Assembly: GCA_964057225.1 (NCBI GenBank)
Contig: OZ059898.1
Location: forward strand, 3,162,001 to 3,226,000
Direction: 5' to 3'
Length of the DNA stretch: 64,000 bases
Source of the DNA: Auanema rhodensis
Taxonomy: Eukaryota > Animalia > Nematoda
The first letter of the stretch is position 1. Every line of letters starts with the position of its first letter. Under the pieces are notes generated by a model. That model saw nothing but the letters and a program-made list of their open reading frames with translations, was not told the origin of the DNA and made no database searches. This document shows positions 55,806-64,000 of the stretch, one piece after another. The translations under genes and the position numbers were made by a program.

Positions 55806-58800
55806 AGTGCATTCGATGCGGATTTTTAAGCTGCGTCGATCTGTGTTATCAGATTTGCGCTAGCTTAAAAATGCACCGAGATATCAACTGATATAAGTTC
55901 ACACTTATATCCTCGATTTTCATCCTGAAGAATTAATTTTTTCGTTGAATAACATTGTCCATCGTCTTTGCCTTGAAAAATCGAATCTAAAAACATCTAC
56001 TTTTCGCTAAATTATTTTGAAATTTTTCGAAAAAATTTTTGTCAAAATGTTTTTGGAAGCAATGTTGAGTGTACATGGAAACTCAACATACACTAATGCA
56101 TCATTTTTCAAACGATCATAACTAATTTTTGTATCAAGCGTTTTTCAATGTAGTATAGTGCATTTGATGCGGATTTTTAAGCTGCGTCGATCTGTGTTAT
56201 CAGATTTGCGCTAGCTTAAAAATGCACCGAGATATCAACTGATATAAGTTCACACTTATATCCTCGATTTTCACCCTGAAGAATTAAGTTTTTCGTTGAA
56301 TAACATTGTCTATCGTCTTTGCCTTGAAAAATGGAATCTAAAAACATCTACTTTTTGCTAAATTATTTTGAAATTTTTCGAAAAAATTTTTGTCAAAATT
56401 TTTTGGAAGCAATGTTGAGTGTACATGGAAACTCAACATACACTAATGCATCATTTTTCAAACGATCATAACTAATTTTTGTATCAAGCGTTTTTCAATG
56501 TAGTATAGTGCATTTAATGCGGATTTTTAAGCTGCGTCGATCTGTGTTATCAGATTTGCGCTAGCTTAAAAATGCACCGAGATATCAACTGATATAAGTT
56601 CACACTTATATCCTCGATTTTCACCCTGAAGAATTAAGTTTTTCGTTGAATAACATTGTCTATCGTCTTTGCCTTGAAAAATGGAATCTAAAAACATCTA
56701 CTTTTTGCTAAATTATTTTGAAATTTTTCCAAAAAAAATTTTGTCAAAATGTTTTTGGAAGCAATGTTGAGTGTACATGGAAACTCAACATACACTAATG
56801 CATCATTTTTCTAACGATCATAACTAATTTTTGTATTAAGCTTTTCTCAATGTGGTATAGTGCATTCGATGTGGATTTTTAAGCTGCGTCGATCTGTGTT
56901 ATCAGATTTGCGCTAGCTTAAAAATGCACCGAGATATCAACTGATATAAGTTCACACTTATATCCTCGATTTTCACCCTGAAGAATTAATTTTCTCGTTG
57001 AATAACATTGTCCATCGTCTTTGCCTTGAAAAAAGGAATCTAAAAACATCTACTTTTTGCTAAATTATTTTGAAATTTTCCGAAAAAATTTTTGTCAAAA
57101 TGTTTTTGGAAGCAATGTTGAGTGTACATGGAAACTCAACATACACTAATGCATCATTTTTCAAACGATCATAACTAATTTTTGTATTGAGCGTTTTTCA
57201 ATGTAGTATAGTGCATTCGATGCGGATTTTTAAGCTGCGTCGATCTGTGTTATCAGATTTGCGCTAGCTTAAAAATGCACCGAGATATCAACTGATATAA
57301 GTTCACACTTATATCCTCGATTTTCACCCTGAAGAAATAATTTTTTCGTTGAATAACATTGTCCATCGTCTTTGCCTTGAAAAAAGGAATCTAAAAACAT
57401 CTACTTTTTGCTAAATTATTTTGAAATTTTTCGAAAAAATTTTTGTCAAAATTTTTTGGAAGCAATGTTGAGTGTACATGGAAACTCAACATACACTAAT
57501 GCATCATTTTTCAAACGATCATAACTAATTTTTGTATTAAGCTTCTCTCAATGTAGTATAGTGCATTCGATGCGGATTTTTAAGCTGCGTCGATCTGTGT
57601 TATCAGATTTGCGCTAGCTTAAAAATGCACCGAGATATCAATTGATATAAGTTCACACTTATATCCTCGATTTTCACCCTGAAGAATTAATTTTTTCGTT
57701 GAATAACATTGTCTATCGTCTTTGCCTTGAAAAATGGAATCTAAAAACATCTACTTTTTGCTAAATTATTCTGAAATTTTTCGAAAAAATTTTTGTCAAA
57801 ATGTTTTTGGAAGCAATGTTGAGTGTACATGGAAACTCAACATACACTATTGCATCATTTTTCTAACGATCATAACTAATTTTTGTATTAAGCTTTTCTC
57901 AATGTAGTATAGTGCATTCGATGCGGATTTTTAAGCTGCGTCGATCTGTGTTATCAGATTTGCGCTAGCTTAAAAATGCACCGAGATATCAACTGATATA
58001 AGTTCACACTTATATCCTCGATTTTCACCCTGAAGAATTAATTTTCTCGTTGAATAACATTGTCCATCGTCTTTGCCTTGAAAAAAGGAATCTAAAAACA
58101 TCTACTTTTTGCTAAATTATTTTGAAATTTTCCGAAAAAATTTTTGTCAAAATGTTTTTGGAAGCAATGTTGAGTGTACATGGAAACTCAACATACACTA
58201 ATGCATCATTTTTCAAACGATCATAACTAATTTTTGTATTAAGCGTTTTTCAATGTAGTATAGTGCATTCGATGCGGATTTTTAAGCTGCGTCGATCTGT
58301 GTTATCAGATTTGCGCTAGCTTAAAAATGCACTGAGATATCAACTGATATAAATTCACACTTATATCCTCGATTTTCACCCTGAAGAAATAATTTTTTCG
58401 TTGAATAACATTGTCCATCGTCTTTGCCTTGAAAAAAGGAATCTAAAAACATCTACTTTTTGCTAAATTATTTTGAAATTTTTCGAAAAAATTTTTGTCA
58501 AAATTTTTTGGAAGCAATGTTGAGTGTACATGGAAACTCAACATACACTAATGCATCATTTTTCAAACGATCATAACTAATTTTTGTATTAAGCGTTTTT
58601 CAATGTAGTGTAGTGCATTCGATGCGGATTTTTAAGCTGCGTCGATCTGTGTTATCAGATTTGCTCTAGCTTAAAAATGCACCGAGATATCAACTGATAT
58701 AAGTTCACACTTATATCCTCGATTTTCATCCTGAAGAATTAATTTTTTCGTTGAATAACATTGTCTATCGTCTTTGCCTTGAAAAATGGAATCTAAAAAC

Positions 58801-61800
58801 ATCTACTTTTTGCTAAATTATTTTGAAATTTTTCGAAAAAATTTTTGTCAAAATGTTTTTGGAAGCAATGTTGAGTGTACATGGAAACTCAACATACACT
58901 AATGCATCATTTTTCAAACGATCATAACTAATTTTTGTATTAAGCTTTTCTCAATGTAGTATAGTGCATTCGATGCGGATTTTTAAGCTGCGTCGATCTG
59001 TGTTATCAGATTTGCGCTAGCTTAAAAATGCACCGAGATATCAATTGATATAAGTTCACACTTATATCCTCGATTTTCACCCTGAAGAATTAATTTTTTC
59101 GTTGAATAACATTGTCTATCGTCTTTGCCTTGAAAAATGGAATCTAAAAACATCTACTTTTTGCTAAATTATTCTGAAATTTTTCGAAAAAATTTTTGTC
59201 AAAATATTTTTGGAAGCAATGTTGAGTGTACATGGAAACTCAACATACACTATTGCATCATTTTTCTAACGATCATAACTAATTTTTGTATTAAGCTTTT
59301 CTCAATGTAGTATAGTGCATTCGATGCGGATTTTTAAGCTGCGTCGATCTGTGTTATCAGATTTGCGCTAGCTTAAAAATGCACCGAGATATCAACTGAT
59401 ATAAGTTCACACTTATATCCTCGATTTTCACCCTGAAGAATTAATTTTCTCGTTGAATAACATTGTCCATCGTCTTTGCCTTGAAAAAAGGAATCTAAAA
59501 ACATCTACTTTTTGCTAAATTATTTTGAAATTTTCCGAAAAAATTTTTGTCAAAATGTTTTTGGAAGCAATGTTGAGTGTACATGGAAACTCAACATACA
59601 CTAATGCATCATTTTTCAAACGATCATAACTAATTTTTGTATTAAGCGTTTTTCAATGTAGTATAGTGCATTCGATGCGGATTTTTAAGCTGCGTCGATC
59701 TGTGTTATCAGATTTGCGCTAGCTTAAAAATGCACTGAGATATCAACTGATATAAATTCACACTTATATCCTCGATTTTCACCCTGAAGAAATAATTTTT
59801 TCGTTGAATAACATTGTCCATCGTCTTTGCCTTGAAAAAAGGAATCTAAAAACATCTACTTTTTGCTAAATTATTCTGAAATTTTTCGAAAAAATTTTTG
59901 TCAAAATGTTTTTGGAAGCAATGTTGAGTGTACATGGAAACTCAACATACACTAATGCATCATTTTTCAAACGATCATAACTAATTTTTGTATCAAGCGT
60001 TTTTCAATGTAGTATAGTGCATTCGATGCGGATTTTTAAGCTGCGTCGATCTGTGTTATCAGATTTGCGCTAGCTTAAAAATGCACCGAGATATCAACTG
60101 ATACAAGTTCACACTTATATCTTCGATTTTCACCCTGAAGAAATAATTTTTTCGTTGAATAACATTGTCCATCGTCTTTGCTTTGAAAAAAGGATTCTAA
60201 AAACATCTACTTTTTGCTAAATTATTTTGAAATTTTTCGAAAAAATTTTTGTCAAAATGTTTTTGGAAGCAATGTTGAGTGTACATGGAAACTCAACATA
60301 CACTAATGCATCATTTTTCAAACGATCATAACTAATTTTTGTATCAAGCGTTTTTCAATGTAGTATAGTGCATTCGATGCGGATTTTTAAGCTGCGTCGA
60401 TCTGTGTTATCAGATTTGCGCTAGCTTAAAAATGCACCGAGATATCAACTGATACAAGTTCACACTTATATCTTCGATTTTCACCCTGAAGAAATAATTT
60501 TTTCGTTGAATAACATTGTCCATCGTCTTTGCTTTGAAAAAAGGATTCTAAAAACATCTACTTTTTGCTAAATTATTTTGAAATTTTTCGAAAAAATTTT
60601 TGTCAAAATGTTTTTGGAAGCAATGTTGAGTGTACATGGAAACTCAACATACACTAATGCATCATTTTTCAAACGATCATAACTAATTTTTGTATCAAGC
60701 GTTTTTTAATGTTGTATAGTGCATTCGATCCGGATTTTTAAGCTGCGTCGATCTGTGTTATCAGATTTGCGCTAGCTTAAAAATGCACCGAGATATCAAC
60801 TGATATAAGTTCACACTTATATCCTCGATTTTCACCCTGAAGAAATAATTTTTTCGTTGAATAACATTGTCCATCGTCTTTGCCTTGAAAAAAGGAATCT
60901 AAAAACATCTACTTTTTGCTAAATTATTTTGAAATTTTTCGAAAAAATTTTTGTCAAAATGTTTTTGGAAGCAATGTTGAGTGTACATGGAAACTCAACA
61001 TACACTAATGCATCATTTTTCAAACGATCATAACTAATTTTTGTATTAAGCTTTTCTCAATGTAGTATAGTGCATTCGATGCGGATTTTTAAGCTGCGTC
61101 GATCTGTGTTATCAGATTTGCTCTAGCTTAAAAATGCACCGAGATATCAACTGATATAAGTTCACACTTATATCCTCGATTTTCATCCTGAAGAATTAAT
61201 TTTTTCGTTGAATAACATTGTCCATCGTCTTTGCCTTGAAAAATCGAATCTAAAAACATCTACTTTTTGCTAAATTATTTTGAAATTTTTCGAAAAAATT
61301 TTTGTCAAAATGTTTTTGGAAGCAATGTTGAGTGTACATGGAAACTCAACATACACTAATGCATCATTTTTCAAACGATCATAACTAATTTTTGTATTAA
61401 GCTTTTCTCAATGTAGTATAGTGCATTCGATGCGGATTTTTAAGCTGCGTCGATCTGTGTTATCAGATTTGCGCTAGCTTAAAAATGCACCGAGATATCA
61501 ATTGATATAAGTTCACACTTATATCCTCGATTTTCACCCTGAAGAATTAATTTTTTCGTTGAATAACATTGTCTATCGTCTTTGCCTTGAAAAATGGAAT
61601 CCAAAAACATCTACTTTTTGCTAAATTATTCTGAAATTTTTCGAAAAAATTTTTGTCAAAATATTTTTGGAAGCAATGTTGAGTGTACATGGAAACTCAA
61701 CATACACTATTGCATCATTTTTCTAACGATCATAACTAATTTTTGTATTAAGCTTTTCTCAATGTAGTATAGTGCATTCGATGCGGATTTTTAAGCTGCG

Positions 61801-64000
61801 TCGATCTGTGTTATCAGATTTGCGCTAGCTTAAAAATGCACCGAGATATCAACTGATATAAGTTCACACTTATATCCTCGATTTTCACCCTGAAGAATTA
61901 ATTTTCTCGTTGAATAACATTGTCCATCGTCTTTGCCTTGAAAAAAGGAATCTAAAAACATCTACTTTTTGCTAAATTATTTTGAAATTTTCCGAAAAAA
62001 TTTTTGTCAAAATGTTTTTGGAAGCAATGTTGAGTGTACATGGAAACTCAACATACACTAATGCATCATTTTTCAAACGATCATAACTAATTTTTGTATT
62101 AAGCGTTTTTCAATGTAGTATAGTGCATTCGATGCGGATTTTTAAGCTGCGTCGATCTGTGTTATCAGATTTGCGCTAGCTTAAAAATGCACTGAGATAT
62201 CAACTGATATAAATTCACACTTATATCCTCGATTTTCACCCTGAAGAAATAATTTTTTCGTTGAATAACATTGTCCATCGTCTTTGCCTTGAAAAAAGGA
62301 ATCTAAAAACATCTACTTTTTGCTAAATTATTCTGAAATTTTTCGAAAAAATTTTTGTCAAAATGTTTTTGGAAGCAATGTTGAGTGTACATGGAAACTC
62401 AACATACACTAATGCATCATTTTTCAAACGATCATAACTAATTTTTGTATCAAGCGTTTTTCAATGTAGTATAGTGCATTCGATGCGGATTTTTAAGCTG
62501 CGTCGATCTGTGTTATCAGATTTGCGCTAGCTTAAAAATGCACCGAGATATCAACTGATACAAGTTCACACTTATATCTTCGATTTTCACCCTGAAGAAA
62601 TAATTTTTTCGTTGAATAACATTGTCCATCGTCTTTGCTTTGAAAAAAGGATTCTAAAAACATCTACTTTTTGCTAAATTATTTTGAAATTTTTCGAAAA
62701 AATTTTTGTCAAAATGTTTTTGGAAGCATGTTGAGTGTACATGGAAACTCAACATACACTAATGCATCATTTTTCAAACGATCATAACTAATTTTTGTAT
62801 CAAGCGTTTCTTAATGTTGTATAGTGCATTCGATCCGGATTTTTAAGCTGCGTCGATCTGTGTTATCAGATTTGCGCTAGCTTAAAAATGCACCGAGATA
62901 TCAACTGATATAAGTTCACACTTATATCCTCGATTTTCACCCTGAAGAAATAATTTTTTCGTTGAATAACATCGTCCATCGTCTTTGCCTTGAAAAAAGG
63001 AATCTAAAAACATCTACTTTTTACTAAATTATTTTGAAATTTTTCGAAAAAATTTTTGTCAAAATGTTTTTGGAAGCAATGTTGAGTGTACATGGAAACT
63101 CAACATACACTAATGCATCATTTTTCAAACGATCATAACTAATCTTTGTATTAAGCTTTTCTCAATGTAGTATAGTGCATTCGATGCGGATTTTTAAGCT
63201 GCGTCGATCTGTGTTATCAGATTTGCGCTAGCTTAAAAATGCACCGAGATATCAACTGATATAAATTCACACTTATATCCTCGATTTTCACCCTGAAGAA
63301 ATAATTTTTTCGTTGAATAACATTGTCCATCGTCTTTGCCTTGAAAAAAGGAATCTAAAAACATCTACTTTTTGCTAAATTATTTTGAAATTTTTCGAAA
63401 AAATTTTTGTCAAAATGTTTTTGGAAGCAATGTTGAGTGTACATGGAAACTCAACATACACTAATGCATCATTTTTCAAACGATCATAACTAATCTTTGT
63501 ATTAAGCTTTTCTCAATGTAGTATAGTGCATTCGATGCGGATTTTTAAGCTGCGTCGATCTGTGTTATCAGATTTGCGCTAGCTTAAAAATGCACCGAGA
63601 TATCAACTGATATAAGTTCACACTTATATCCTCGATTTTCATCCTGAAGAATTAATTTTTTCGTTGAATAACATTGTCCATCGTCTTTGCCTTGAAAAAT
63701 CGAATCTAAAAACATCTACTTTTCGCTAAATTATTTTGAAATTTTTCGAAAAAATTTTTGTCAAAATGTTTTTGGAAGCAATGTTGAGTGTACATGGAAA
63801 CTCAACATACACTAATGCATCATTTTTCAAACGATCATAACTAATTTTTGTATTAAGCGTTTTTCAATGTAGTATAGTGCATTCGATGCGGATTTTTAAG
63901 CTGCGTCGATCTGTGTTATCAGATTTGCGCTAGCTTAAAAATGCACCGAGATATCAACTGATATAAGTTCACACTTATATCCTCGATTTTCATCCTGAAG
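55806..64000. repeat. Satellite variant domain E (more diverged)
   Basis: New variants appear: CATTTG, AAGTTT, TTCTAAC, CTATTGC, CAATTG, CACTGAG, GCTCTAG, AAATATTT and AATCTTTG. Indels reappear. Confidence 0.8.
58612..62800. repeat. Third duplication with 7-monomer offset (about 5 monomers match)
   Basis: GCTCTAG at 58665/61122, CAATTG at 59045/61502, AAATAT at 59206/61663 and CACTGAG at 59736/62193 are all 2457 apart. Confidence 0.85.

Larger units (their letters stand above)
1..64000. repeat. Tandem satellite DNA array, 351-bp monomer, 182 full copies + 125 bp, single orientation; likely centromeric/pericentromeric heterochromatin
   Basis: The anchor AGTGCATTCGAT recurs at 1, 352, 703 ... 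7021 (1+20x351) ... 63876. The last start equals 1+182x351-7, matching the net -7 bp from the indels I located. Copies differ only by a few SNPs. The chromosomal location is inferred, not seen. Confidence 0.99.

Noticed and set aside
1-64000. CRISPR array or repeat-spacer system
   Set aside because: There are no unique spacers, since the entire 351 bp repeats, and no cas or other genes.
1-64000. A single regular higher-order repeat across the array
   Set aside because: Offsets between matching rare variants vary (2, 3, 4, 5, 7, 8, 10, 11, 14, 16, 42 units), and each block has only about two copies.

Overview
The whole window is one uninterrupted, head-to-tail array of a 351-bp AT-rich satellite (monomer 1 is ~31% GC by hand count). 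It holds 182 complete monomers plus a 125-bp partial, all in the same orientation. I saw no genes, RNA genes, CRISPR array, transposon insertion or inversion. It looks like eukaryotic (peri)centromeric or heterochromatic satellite DNA. CpG is not depleted, which fits an invertebrate-like host, but I cannot name the family or species. The structure of interest lies at three scales. (1) Each monomer is packed with inverted repeats, including four clear stem-loop/palindrome modules. (2) Diagnostic SNP haplotypes split the array into five domains, with a homogeneous core flanked by layers that share variants. (3) There are nested block duplications, including three separate 7-monomer (2457-bp) ones. 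Monomer length is tightly held, and some indels cancel each other. The single ORF is an artefact of a 2-nt variant. Positions written 'mN' are relative to the monomer as phased at window position 1. All comparisons were made by eye, so block boundaries are approximate to about one monomer.
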